64,000 nt of DNA from Plasmodiophora brassicae (lineage: Eukaryota), in the NCBI GenBank assembly GCA_036867785.1, contig CP145411.1, positions 744,001-808,000 of the forward strand, in the 5' to 3' direction. The translations under genes were made by a program, and so were the position numbers. Below are positions 37,495 through 48,962 of the stretch, piece after piece; position 1 is the stretch's first letter, and the number at the start of each line of letters is the position of its first letter. The notes under the pieces were generated by a model, which saw nothing but the letters and a program-made list of their open reading frames with translations, was not told the origin of the DNA and ran no database searches.

Positions 37495-38141
37495 TCAGTC
37501 CTCGACTGGGCCAAGGTAATCCTCGTTGATCGTGCCGACGACCGAGAACTCGTTGGCGGCGGGGCGAATACCGACAATCTTGACAATGACCAGCGACCCC
37601 TTGACGATCTTCAGCTGCTGATCAGCGGAATAGAACGCCGCCACTTCACTGCCGGAATCGAACTGCATATCGCTCGGCATGCACAGATGGCTGACGAAAA
37701 TTTCAACGGGGCCCGCCCTTGCGAATATTCCAGACTGAAAACCGAAATCACAATTACGAAATCAATGATGGCGGAGCGCAACCGAGCTCGATTAACGAAC
37801 AGGATTGACTGCAAACACCTCCGCTGGGAGGACCTCGTTCCGGAACGGTCTGAAGACGAGGGCGAGATACTTGACAGGGAAGTGCGCCCATCCAGTGTCA
37901 ACGTCAAGGCATCCCTTGCCGTAGGACTTCAGGTGCGTCACCAGGATCGTGTATCCGTATTTGCCAGAGCACTGCCCTTCGACCTTGCGTCGCAGTTCGG
38001 CCAGGATCTTGTCCTTCAGGTCACGCCCGAAGTGCTTCGGCGGCAGAGCCAGATCGTCGTCCCTGTCCATCTACAGCATTGGGCAATGTCACAACCAGGC
38101 GCTTGACAGCCATGCGCGGCGGCGTGTACCAGGAAGAACAT
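37495..38141 (-). CDS. RPB7: RNA polymerase II subunit RPB7 (3 exons)
   Basis: MFFL; LPPKHFGRDL; VEGQCSGKYGY; YLALVFRPFRNEV; VGTINEDYLG. Confidence 0.95.
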
Positions 38142-38387
38142 TGCAGACGGCACGCACGGGCGGCACGCTGCACTGCGGATGCCGCACCGCGCACTGGTCC
38201 ACCTCGGCACCTCCAGTCCACCACGTGACTGTCCAGCCTGCCCCGACATTCGTACTGGTGTAACCGTCATACGTACGGATGTATTGCACCATGTAAGCCA
38301 TCTGGACTAGGCGAAGACGCTCGTATAGCGGGTATATAGGGTCCGAGCGATCTGGTACACCATTGCGCGAGTGCTAACTGTAAGGAC

Positions 38388-39392
38388 ATGCGTCGCCACG
38401 TGAAGAAGAGCGTGTCAGTGGCGGGAATTGTAGACCCGGGGTCGGATCCGCCTACTGGCCATGACCGGCAGAGCACGCTCTCGCGTGTTTACCACCTGTT
38501 GGATGATGGCAGAAATGATAAGGACGCCGTGTTGCGACGGGCCGTCGCTCGATATTTGACGAGCCTATCAACGACCGCCAGCGAGGAGTTGATCGATACG
38601 GTTATTAAGCGGCTTAGGCAGCGGCCGCGTTACCAAAGCGACCTGTCCAAACGGGGGCTTAATGGTACTGCATTCCACCGCCGCATCGGCAGCATCCGTG
38701 ACCAGATGCAGAACGACATCGATAGCGCCATTGCGGGCAGACGCGAATCAGTTATTCAGGCCCTCGCTGCACCAGAACCAGTATTCCAGCCTGGGAAAGT
38801 TGACGCAACCACCCCTCAACCGGATCCTGTTGAAGTCAAGGACAACCAGGAACCGGATAAGCGCGAAACGCTGCGAACGTTCCTGCTGAATTTGGACTGG
38901 GACCCAAGCCACATCAACGTTGAGATTAGTGTCCCTGCGGCTCGTGGCCTGCAGCGAGAGCTTCCCTCGATCCTGTCGCTGGCGAGATTCGCCTCGCATA
39001 TGGTGTACTGGAAGATGTACGAGAGCGTGATCGCAGAACGACCCGATGACTACGACGCGCAGTTCCTCACGTTGACGTCGATCTTCTTCAAGACCGCGGT
39101 CGAATTCCGACGGATCGCCAAGGACAGCGGTCGTCGCCGACGTTGGGAGACTCTTCTGGGTTTACAGTCGTTTCCACATTCATTATCCACCGGCATACGC
39201 GACATCATCCTCCATGGTTCCCCCCGCCCCGCTCCTGTCCTCATCGACGCGTTCGTCGTCCCGTCTGTATCGGCCATGCTGAACGCGACGTCTGCCGCGA
39301 GCCCCGCTGGAGCACCGCTGTCCTCCATCGCGCATGGGTTCTTCCAGCAACTACTCACAATCATTAGGAAGCCGGCGCCTGCTCAGTACTAA
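38388..39392 (+). CDS. Hypothetical protein
   Basis: 334-codon ORF with coding-like composition; may contain in-frame introns. Confidence 0.55.
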   Translation: MRRHVKKSVSVAGIVDPGSDPPTGHDRQSTLSRVYHLLDDGRNDKDAVLRRAVARYLTSLSTTASEELIDTVIKRLRQRPRYQSDLSKRGLNGTAFHRRIGSIRDQMQNDIDSAIAGRRESVIQALAAPEPVFQPGKVDATTPQPDPVEVKDNQEPDKRETLRTFLLNLDWDPSHINVEISVPAARGLQRELPSILSLARFASHMVYWKMYESVIAERPDDYDAQFLTLTSIFFKTAVEFRRIAKDSGRRRRWETLLGLQSFPHSLSTGIRDIILHGSPRPAPVLIDAFVVPSVSAMLNATSAASPAGAPLSSIAHGFFQQLLTIIRKPAPAQY

Positions 39393-39561
39393 ACCGGCTA
39401 CATTGCAAATACGGCTACGTTACACAATAGCTTGCTGGTCAGATTTCTGGACGCATTTAACGACACGAGCCACTGGCAACCTGTCACCTGCTGGCTAAAC
39501 TTTGGCCGTGTACTGCAGTCCTATCGATTCCTATTCCAGGCCAAGTCCGTCGGCCGTCACG

Positions 39562-40302
39562 ATGCGCGGTCGAGGTCGTGACGGCGACGATCGACGCCGA
39601 CGTGACGACAGGGACCGGTCGCCCCGGGAAACGATGAGATACGGTGACAGGTTCGGTCGTCGGGCGCTTGCCGAGGAACAGGAAAGGTCCACTGTGTTGC
39701 ATGCCAGACGTGCGGTTCGACGCGGACTGATGGTCGCGCAGGAAGGCAGCTGAAAAGCCGGTCGTGAAGGCAAAGATCAACCTGGAGCCAACCGGGCTCC
39801 TGGATGCGCTGGACGCAAGTGGGAATGAGGTCGCGGGCGGTGTTCGACTTCAGTATGTACTTGCCTGCTCACTGGTGAGGTTGGATCAGTAACATGCCGC
39901 TGCAGGTACCACGAGCCTCGTGATGCAGCAGCGACGGACGAGTTCTGGCGGCTCTATGTCTTCAAGGATGGCAAACAGATCGAAACCCTCCATATCCACC
40001 GAAAGACGTGCTTTCGGATTGGACGCGAAAGGAAGGTCGCCGATGTTCCGTTGGACCATCCATCGTGCTCCAAGCAGCACGCCGTGATCCAGTTTCGCAG
40101 GAAGACGACACGGGACGTTGTCGGTGACCTCAACGTTTGTGTTCGCCCTTATATCATTGATCTCGGGAGCACGAACGGCACGTTCCTCAACGGTGACCGA
40201 TTGGAGCCGGCGCGGTTCTATGAACTTCTCGAAAAGGACGTCATCCGATTCGGACAGAGCACCCGGGAATACATTGTGCTCCATGCCAATTCCAAGTCGT
40301 GA
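39562..40302 (+). CDS. SNIP1: FHA-domain splicing factor SNIP1/Pml1/DAWDLE
   Basis: R/D-rich N-terminus; WRLYVFK; GRERKVADVPLDHPSCSKQHAVIQFR; PYIIDLGSTNGTFLN. Confidence 0.92.
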
Positions 40303-40349
40303 TATAATGAAATATTACTGCATTATCGAAGCATGCCTGGTTGGCCGTC

Positions 40350-40547
40350 TCATGTCAACTTGAACTCGTGCTTGTTCCGGTAGACCATCATGACGAGCGG
40401 GACAACGACACCGACGAACATGCACAGACCGCCGGCGATATACGACCCAATCGACGGCAGTTCCAGTCCCACCGTCAGCTCCTAACCAATACCTGTCATC
40501 CAGTCGTCCCGCGCACGGTTCGCCCGACCGACATCACGCACCTCCAT
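40350..40547 (-). CDS. Spliced 45-aa single-pass membrane microprotein
   Basis: Exon 40542-40547, 60-nt GT-AG intron, exon 40350-40481 give MEELTVGLELPSIGSYIAGGLCMFVGVVVPLVMMVYRNKHEFKLT*. Confidence 0.55.
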
Positions 40548-40800
40548 TCTCTCCACTCTCTCGCTGCCTGCCGCAACTCGCCACGGCCTTCGCGAGTCGA
40601 GGCTGCGATTTTTCGCCAACCGTCGTCCGGGGACAGTGTCAACATTCCACAAGCCGCAGGCTCGGGAGGGTGCGAATTGTAATTTCTGAACTGTCAATGA
40701 GTTCTGCTGCGTAAAATAACAGAATTGCCCAACCCTACAAAATATATTGCCAACTGTGGGTGGCCGAGTCGTGACCACCATTTCCATCGTGGCATGCGGC

Positions 40801-42761
40801 ATGGAGCACCGTACGCAGCATGTGATGCCGCCAAGGATGCGGCGCGGCGTCCTGCACGAATGGCTCGTCAGCAAGGGCGATGACGTCCGGATCGGGCAGG
40901 TGTGCCAGAGGTCTTCATGTCGTACATAGGCGGCAGAGGGACCTTACTGCCGGTTGCAGGTCGTCGGACGCATGATGGCGGAATCGTCGTCAACGACGTA
41001 TGATATTATGGCACCGTGCGCCGGCACACTCGCCGAATTCATCATCGCACCCGGTGATCCAGTTGATCCTTCGTATTCTATTCGGGTCGTCTTCCGCTGT
41101 GTTCGTACTCATGTCCAGCCAGGAAGCCTGTTGCCGCTCTCGAAGTCTGTGCCCACATTGCGGACTACAGAGGGCTGTGTGCTCGCTGTGGGATGGACGT
41201 ATCGAGGTTCGACATGGATAGACTCCTGTCCACTCACTGATCTGACTGCGCTCAGTGTACACCATAGCTCGACGGAAACGAGGGAGACGCTTACTGTTTT
41301 CGGCAAGAATTCAATCAATATCACGAAGGAGGGCTTGGAGGTCATGAGAACTCGTCTCGCGGACGATCTTCGTTCAAGGAGAAAGCTCCTTCTGGTTCTC
41401 GACCTTGATCACACCATCGTTCATGCTACCGTGGACTCTCGGTTGGTCACGAGAGCTGGCGTATCTTTCCTGCATGCCTTGCCGACATCGTATCAGTGCT
41501 CGTGAATGCCTGGACCGAGGTGTGCATGAGTTCAAGCTGGACGGTAGAACCCACTATGTCAAGTTACGTCCTGGTGCGCATGCGTTTCTTCAATCCTTGA
41601 AGGACCTGTTCGACATCCAGGTGTTCACCTGGGGCATTCGCAGCTATGCCGTTGAAGTTGTATCTCTGCTTGACCCTGACCATACCAGTACGTGCGTGCC
41701 ATGCGTCTGTGTCCCCCTTTTATTTGACCTTACCTGGGGCAGTCATCAAGGAACGTATTGTCGCACGCGATGATATAGGGATTGGCCAGCGCAATCGCCT
41801 CCTGTCGCAACATCAGCAAAAGAGGCTGGAACGAGTCTTGCCGGTTTGTGGGTCGATGGCCCTGGTCCTGGACGACAGCCCAGGCGTTTGGGCAGATCTC
41901 CGCCCGAACCTGATTGAGATTCGCAAGTTCGTATTCTTTCCAGCATCGGAGTATGCCCACGGGGCTGTCCAGAACTTCTCGTCGGGGACCGGAAACTCGT
42001 TTGACATGGGCGTGCTGGCCCGCAACGATCGCGACAACGTTCTACTCAGCATGGAACGCGTTCTGAAGCGTATACATACTATGTTCTATTCCGGACAGGA
42101 ACAGGACGTTCGCAAGTTGCTACAAACAGTGCGACTTGACGTCCTTCGAGGGTTCGACATTCTTCGCTTCCCAGTCATGTTGTGCTTTTCTTGACCGGTC
42201 GTTGCAGATGCGAATTAGTCTTCTCAGGCGTGTTTCCTCAAAACGTCCCGCTCGAAAAGGCACCCGAGGTGCGCCTCGCTGTGGAACTGGGCGCAACAGT
42301 TACCCAGGAGATCGGCCCCGAAACGACGCACGTGATTGGGTCGGTATTCCGACCAACAGGAAAGATCAAGCGCGCTCAGCAGTGCATTGCTGCGCAGGAT
42401 ACACCGCTCCGGCACCTTGTCCACGTTGGTACGGCCGTTCCGTGACAGAATAGGAAACAGAGGTCGAAGCCTGATCCGGTCGCTTTCAGATTGGCTAACT
42501 GCATGCTCCACCCACGTCGCAAGAGCTCCCGAGGACAAGTTCTCGCTCCCCGACTACGTCGTCGGCGATGTGTCACAGATCGGCTACCTTGACGCGGAAT
42601 CTGGCGCTGACGAGTGGACCAGCTCTGCGCCGGTACCTGCTGCCCCAACAGATCACGATCTGTCCTCGCCTAGAGCGAAACGCCCCCGAACGGACGATTC
42701 GGGCAGCGACCACGACTACAGCGACTTCGAGCGGGAACTGGAAGCAGCGCTGGGTACATAA
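40801..42761 (+). CDS. FCP1: RNA polymerase II CTD phosphatase Fcp1 (multi-exon)
   Basis: Lipoyl-like N-terminus, GLCARCG, LVLDLDHTIVHAT (DxDxT), YVKLRPG, LDDSPGVW, BRCT (LVFSGVFP...TTHVI...WL). Confidence 0.92.
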
Positions 42762-42775
42762 ATATGATGACCTGG

Positions 42776-44894
42776 TCAAGGCGACGAGTGTGTCTCGAGG
42801 AACGCCGCTGACATCTGCAACAGGCCTTGCAACGCCTGCTTTCTGTAGACGTGCTTTGCCGAAAGCTCGCTGAGCAACTGGTTCGGGTAGAACGTGACCG
42901 CCTTCCCTGTCCCGCATTGCTACGAAGGAGGCATCGGTAAACGGCGCCCTGACAACTGTGCACGCCGCTCTTACCGAGCAGTATCCGATTTTGACGATGC
43001 ACTGCTCGCAGGCGCTATGCCCACACGGGATGCAGGTGACTGGGTCCTTGAACACCTGCACGCAGTCGAAGCAGGTAAACGATGGCTAACAGCAGCATGG
43101 CTCGTCAGCACGCGGAAGGACGCGTTAAAAGACGCGGTGCACCTCGCTGGCTTGCTCGGCAAGGACGAGCTTAGACACAGTCGCGTTCAGCTCCTTCTCG
43201 CGGTCACGAATGGCCTTCACTTCGGCCGGGCTGAGCGTCTCCCGGCGAAGGAGCATGCGGTTCCGCTGTCGCACGTCCGCTAGCTCCGCCTTCTGATCCG
43301 ACAATTGCCTGCGAAGCGATGCCAGCGTTTCTAGGAGCCAGGTCAGCGCCACTGAACGAATTGCCTAACGCGGTGGGTACCGTCGACTTCCGCACGAAGT
43401 TGTGCAGAATCGTTCTCGAAGGCGGCCCTCATGGCCTCCATCGCCGTCCTGGCATCGGCGACGTCGCGCTCCAGCTGGTCGGCCCTGGAGACCGACGCCA
43501 GCGCCGACTGGCGCAGGCGATCGCGCTCCTCGACGAGCCTGGCAATCTCGCTGCGCGCCTCGGCCTGCCTGGCGTGCAACCTGGCGTTGATCTGCTGGAA
43601 TTCGTTGAACAGCTGCTGCTGGCCCTGGCTGTCGCTCAGCATGTCGCGGATCTCCTTCGTCCACGCCGCCCGCTGCCGCTCGATCTCGTCGACCATCTCC
43701 CGCAGGTCGTCGTTCTCGCGTTCCACCTCCTGGACGCGTCGCTCCATGTCGGCAACGCGATCCGCTTCCCGCTGGGCGTCTTCGTGCGCCGACGTCAACC
43801 GAACCATGTTCTCGTCGAGGTGCGCGTTTCGCTCCCTGGCCTCATCCAGGTCGTGCGACAACTCGGACAGGTCCGAACGGGACCTGGCCAGCTGGCCCAG
43901 GAGGTCATCGGCGCGATCCCGTAGTTCGCCGATCGTCGCCGTCAGCTCGTCGACGCGCTCGTCGGCGGCCTGCCGCGCCCGGACGGCTTCGTCCAGCTGG
44001 CGCTGAAGCGCGTCCGGGGAACCCTCCAGGGTCTTGATCCTCGAGCGGGCCTCCTTCAGGTTCATCTCCATGTCCGAGCGCGCCTGGAACACACAGAGTC
44101 AGACGCGTTCGTGGACTCGAACCAGACGTGAGGCGTACCGTTTCCAGGTGCGACAGTTTCGATTGCGATTCGCGAAGGTCGTTGTCGAGCCGCGTGCATT
44201 CGTCGCGAACCCGGGCGACCTCCATCGTGAGCGCGTCGCGATCCAGCGCGCTGCGATACAGGGCGTTCTCCGCCTTGCAGCGAGCAATGTCGGCCGCCTT
44301 GACGCGCTCCTCGAGGCCGCCGATCGTCGCGTCCCGATCGGCCAGCTGGCGCATGGCGAGGGCCACCTTCTGGTCGCTGTTGGCGACCGCCTGGCGATCC
44401 TCCCTGCTCTTCTGCTGCGCCTGCTTCAGCAGAGCCCGGTACCGGTCGTCGGATTCGCGAAGCTTGACGATCTGGATCTCCAGCGCCTGCGTTGCCGTCT
44501 CCATCTGCGCCATGCGGTCGTCTGCCCCGCGTTGTCGCTGGGCGATCGCGTCGTATGCGGCCTTCGCCTCACGAAGCTGCTTGTTCAGATCGGTCTTGTC
44601 CTTCTCCAGCTGTTCGACGCGCTGCTCGAGTTGTTTCCGTTCGGTGGCATCGGCCTCGGACGCGACCTGGACGTCGGAAACGTCCGCTAGGCTCTTCCTG
44701 GCGGCGTCCAGCTCCAGCTGCAGGCGGTGGTAGGCGGTCGACAGGCATTCGTAGTTGCGTTGTTGGCCTTTGGCGTATTCGGTGACGGTGGCCAGCTCCG
44801 TCTGGACACGATGCAGGTGCGATCGTGACCTGTCGAGGTCGGATGAGGACGCGCCCGGTCCAGCGTCCGCTTCACCTGGCGAGGCCTTCATCAT
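42776..44894 (-). CDS. Long coiled-coil protein with C-terminal RING finger
   Basis: Heptad-rich exons; CFDC...FKDPVTCIPCGHSACEQC...C..C. Confidence 0.75.
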
Positions 44895-45019
44895 GGGCCG
44901 ACCACCGGTACTAAATACAATCGCACGATCGACGATCGCATTATATACAGTCGGGCCGTCAGGAGGCACCGTTGCACAATGGGTGCTGTACTGCATTACA
45001 GGGTGGGAATGATGACGTG

Positions 45020-46030
45020 CTACTCATCGTCGACGACATCGCCCCACTGGTTACGCTTGACACGACGCGCGTCTTTCTTGGTGTCGACCTTGTCCAGGAG
45101 TGTGGCGCCCCCCTCGTCAGTGACCTCGCGCCTCGGTCGTCGCGAGCCGCGTCCTGGCGCGGAGCCCACCGATTGACTGCCGTCTCGTTCATCTTTAAAC
45201 CTGACGCGACGTGCCGCATTCGTCTTTGGCGCGGGCCGTTCGTAAAGCTCCTCGCTCGCGTCATCCTTGAAGTCGTCTGGCGGCGGTTCGAGAACGACGT
45301 CCCCGTCGTCTGGTAGCGTATCATTGCGCACTGACCAATCGCCTCGTTTGACTTTCTCCAGCAAGGGCGAATCTGGCCAGTAGGTCTGTGGGACACCGCC
45401 ACAGTCAGGCAGCGTGGACACCAATAGCTCCCGATCGGCGTCCCATGAATATACGACGAACGTCACTGCCAAGCGGTGTCTTCAGCTCCAGCATTGATTG
45501 CAGCGTGGGCTCCGTTGACTTCCCCCAGCCTGCGCAAGACAATTCAGCGAGGATATTCGCCAGTCGTTATCATGCACCAAGCCAATGCTGACCGTACTGA
45601 GCGCCAAGGACGGAGCCGATGGAACCCAGGATGATCCCGTACCGACCGCGACTGCGAGCAACGAGCACAGACGCTAACAGCCCGGAATCGTGTCAGAATC
45701 ATGCAGCCCGATACGCGCGACCTAGAGAAGTACAGAGCGCTCCGGCCAGTGCCCCCATGAACGCGTACTTCACTATACGCTTCTGTGCTTCCGACCGAAG
45801 CTCCTGGTGCGTCCCGCGTTAGCAATGCACGGCATGAGCATGGTTGGGCCGACCTCGAGATGCCGCATGTCGTCGTCGGAGAGCGTCCCGTCCTGGAACT
45901 TGGTCAGGATCATCTGCCCGACGCGCACCTGCCTGCCGACCGCGTCAGCATCGGGGGCGCACGTACGCGCAGCACGCGATCGTCTCTACACGCGGTGCAG
46001 CGGGTCCCCCGCACGGTCCGCCCGCTCATT
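45020..46030 (-). CDS. Small membrane protein, OCIA-domain-like (spliced; start uncertain)
   Basis: Gly-rich hydrophobic segments, LELKTPLGSDVRR, acidic tail ending KRNQWGDVVDDE. Confidence 0.4.
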
Positions 46031-46196
46031 CATCTCCCGCGTCGCGCTTCCTGCTGCTATAGCGCTACGCCGATCTAACACGCGACGACTCTGCGCGACC
46101 GGGAGGGTGCGCGCGCGCGCGCGACAATTCCATTATTATGCGTCTGCTCTACATAGCCAGAGGGGGGTCGGAGGTCGCACTGGTCGGGAGAGAGCG

Positions 46197-46718
46197 TCAC
46201 GACGGAGACGGGTGCGGGTCGGTTTCGGCATCGCCGGCGAAGCGCTGCGACTCGCGGTGCACGATGGAATCCGTGAAGACGATTCTGTCGATGGCGGCGC
46301 TGTCAGCGACGTTCGCCTGCGCCAGGGCGATGAGCAGGTCGGCCCGCAGGCGCTGCAGATCAAGCTCGGCCTTGTGCAGCTGCATGCATTGGCGAATGCG
46401 CTCCTGGGAGACGCCCTGCCGATGCTGGGCGTCCAGGTGGCGGCAGTACGCGCGCCATAATCGCAGCAGCGAACAGGCGACGGGCACGGCAGCCGCCACC
46501 GCCACCCATCTCCATTTACCGCTTCTGCTCAACGCAGACGAACCGGGGTCAACCGTCGCCCCGTTTGACGTGCCGTACGGTTTCGCCGGGCACCTGCAGA
46601 TCGGCATAGCGGGACGTGTATGAACATCCGGAGCCGCGTCATCGGAGGCATAGCACCTCCGGCTCCGTCTTGAACCTGATTCCCAAAGTGCATAAAGGGT
46701 GCCCGCACACTGTGCCAA
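46197..46718 (-). CDS. Hypothetical protein
   Basis: ORF with hydrophobic segment WVAVAAAVPVACSLL followed by a helical region. Confidence 0.35.
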   Translation of the reverse strand: MAQCAGTLYALWESGSRRSRRCYASDDAAPDVHTRPAMPICRCPAKPYGTSNGATVDPGSSALSRSGKWRWVAVAAAVPVACSLLRLWRAYCRHLDAQHRQGVSQERIRQCMQLHKAELDLQRLRADLLIALAQANVADSAAIDRIVFTDSIVHRESQRFAGDAETDPHPSPS

Positions 46719-47201
46719 CGCCGGTCGGGACGCAGTCTTTGTGCTGGAATCTACAACACGGTCGTACGATTTCGGTGGCGAGACGCGTGATGCCCGCCCG
46801 TACCAGAAGTCAGCGACAAACCCTGGTTCAGCCCTAGCCAGTCCGGTTATAAATGCTGGCGCACATAATACAGACCCCTGTCTGACCCCTTGACGTGCAC
46901 GTAAATGGACTTGACGTTCATATTAGCGTCCATCGCCTCGAGCTCGTTGACTCGCGTCTCGATAGCTCCTGGACACAGGGCGACAGGCTGGGGGCACGCC
47001 CATGGGATCGAGTTTTCCGTACTGACGCCTGGCGACTGAAGTGAGATGAAGCTCACCGGTGCGCCTTCCTCATCAGATGTCTCGATCGTGTCATTGTTCA
47101 TGTGAAAAATACGGTGGAGACGGACACGGCTGCCGCTTCGAGGGGCAATTTTTCGACGTGTCTGTGGGTTCCGAGAGTGCACAGCGATAGTGACATTTGT
47201 G

Positions 47202-48319
47202 ATGGCGTCGTCGATGGGACGGGCGTTCCGCGAGGCGGTGCGGCAGCATGCGCCGTTACAGATCATTGGATGTACGACTGCCTACACTGGAATGTTGGCG
47301 CAGCGGGCCGGGGCTAAGGCGCTCTATGTATCCGGGTCTGGTGTCGCCACTGCGTCCCATGGACTCCCGGACCTCGGCATCACCAATCTCAACGATGTCG
47401 TCGAAGACGTTCGCCGATTATCGAGGTCGGAACACGCGCATCGATCCCCGGAAACGTTCTTGGCGCTGACAGGCCCGGACAGTTGCACGACGCTTCCCAT
47501 TCTGGTTGATGTCGATACAGGGTTCGGCAGTGCGTTCGGTATCGCTCGAACCGTGAACGAACTCGAGCGTGCTGGGGCCGCCGCCATCCATATCGAGGAT
47601 CAGGAGGCCAATAAACGATGCGGTCACCGGCCAAACAAGACGATCGTCGACGTGGACGAAATGTGTGACCGCATACGTGCAGCCGTCGACGCTCGATCTG
47701 ATCCTGATTTCGGTCGGGGAACCACATTGTCTAGGTTAACCACTGAAGCCTGAATCCATCCATCCAATGGCACAGTAATCATGGCACGCACTGACGCACT
47801 GGCAAACGAGGGCCTCGACGGCGCGGTGAAACGCGCCCGAGCGTATATCGACGGTAAGCATGAGATTGTGTCGGTTCATACGTCGCTAAGCGCACTGGTA
47901 CCCAGCTGGTGCCGATATGCTATTCCCTGAGGCCTTCACGAAACTGGAACAGTACGCTGTGCTTCAGAAGCATTTCCCGGACACGCCCTACCTTGCCAAT
48001 ATTACCGAGTTTGGTCTGCGAGGGTATGCCGTTCTGTACTGACTTGCTCTCTGATCGCGTTACAGGAGCGACGCCTCTGTTTTCAACAAAAGAACTTGCG
48101 AACGTCGGCGTGTCAATGGTGCTCTACCCACTGTCCATCCATCGGGCACAGGCTAGGGCCGCCATTAAGGTCGCTGAATCAATCATCAACGAAGGACACC
48201 AGAAGAACGTCGTGGACATGATGCAAACGCGCGACGAACTGTACGACGCTCTTGACTACCGTCGTTACGAGGACTACATCGACTCGCTCAGCGCCAGACG
48301 CAAGCCATCTGAGGAATAG
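47202..48319 (+). CDS. prpB: 2-methylisocitrate lyase (about 4 introns)
   Basis: [33 protein letters not shown]...[37 protein letters not shown]. Confidence 0.92.
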
Positions 48320-48364
48320 GCACACCTAATACACCGGACATCGGTCGATGTCCTTCTGTGCCAC

Positions 48365-48490
48365 CCCCGCTTGTCATGGGTGGTCCGGAACGCCCAATAT
48401 CATTCGCCACCGTTCGAGTCGCTCTGCCGCAGATGGCGGCCAGCCTACTTGATTGTGCAACGCCTGAGGAGTCGCATTCTCACAAGTTAA
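48365..48490 (+). pseudogene. Degenerate partial duplicate of the 5' end of the F-BAR gene
   Basis: gggtggtccggaacg...gttcgagtcg and LLDCATPEESHSHK vs LLKCATLEESHCQK at 48935-49110. Confidence 0.6.
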
Positions 48491-48962
48491 TTATCCGGCA
48501 GGAATACAACCGCGACTATACTGTCAAACTGTCAACGACCTGTCGGGTTCCCCCCACAGCGCCCTGTGTGTTGGGTTGCGAAGGAGCCCCAACCACGGCG
48601 AGTACGGTGTAGTCTGCAACGCATGCCCCGGTAGGTACAAACGTACTGGTACGGTGCGGCGACATCGACACCTTCCTGATGTCCTGCCCCTACAGCTGGG
48701 CGCATTGTGAGGTGGAGTGCCCCAAATTCCGGGTGCTGCGTACCAAATGGACACCCTGGGACGCGTTTGGATGAAAAGTGACGACCTCTGGGAGCAGCAT
48801 CCTACATAGACTCTAGGCGTGATGTAGTCAATACTGAGCGCTCCAACCTCTGCGTCCGGGGCGATGTGTCAACTACAGTTTGGTGTGCAGCGTAACTGGC
48901 GTATTTTTGGGGCAGCTGCCGTGCTGGGTGGCATATCCGCTTGTGGGTGGTCCGGAACGTCA

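Noticed and set aside
43319-44733. Long plus-strand ORFs opposite the coiled-coil gene
   Set aside because: Antisense shadows caused by high GC3; the same applies opposite RPT5, the VWA genes and the TPR gene
47202-48319. Bacterial contamination or operon
   Set aside because: The gene has spliceosomal introns and eukaryotic neighbours
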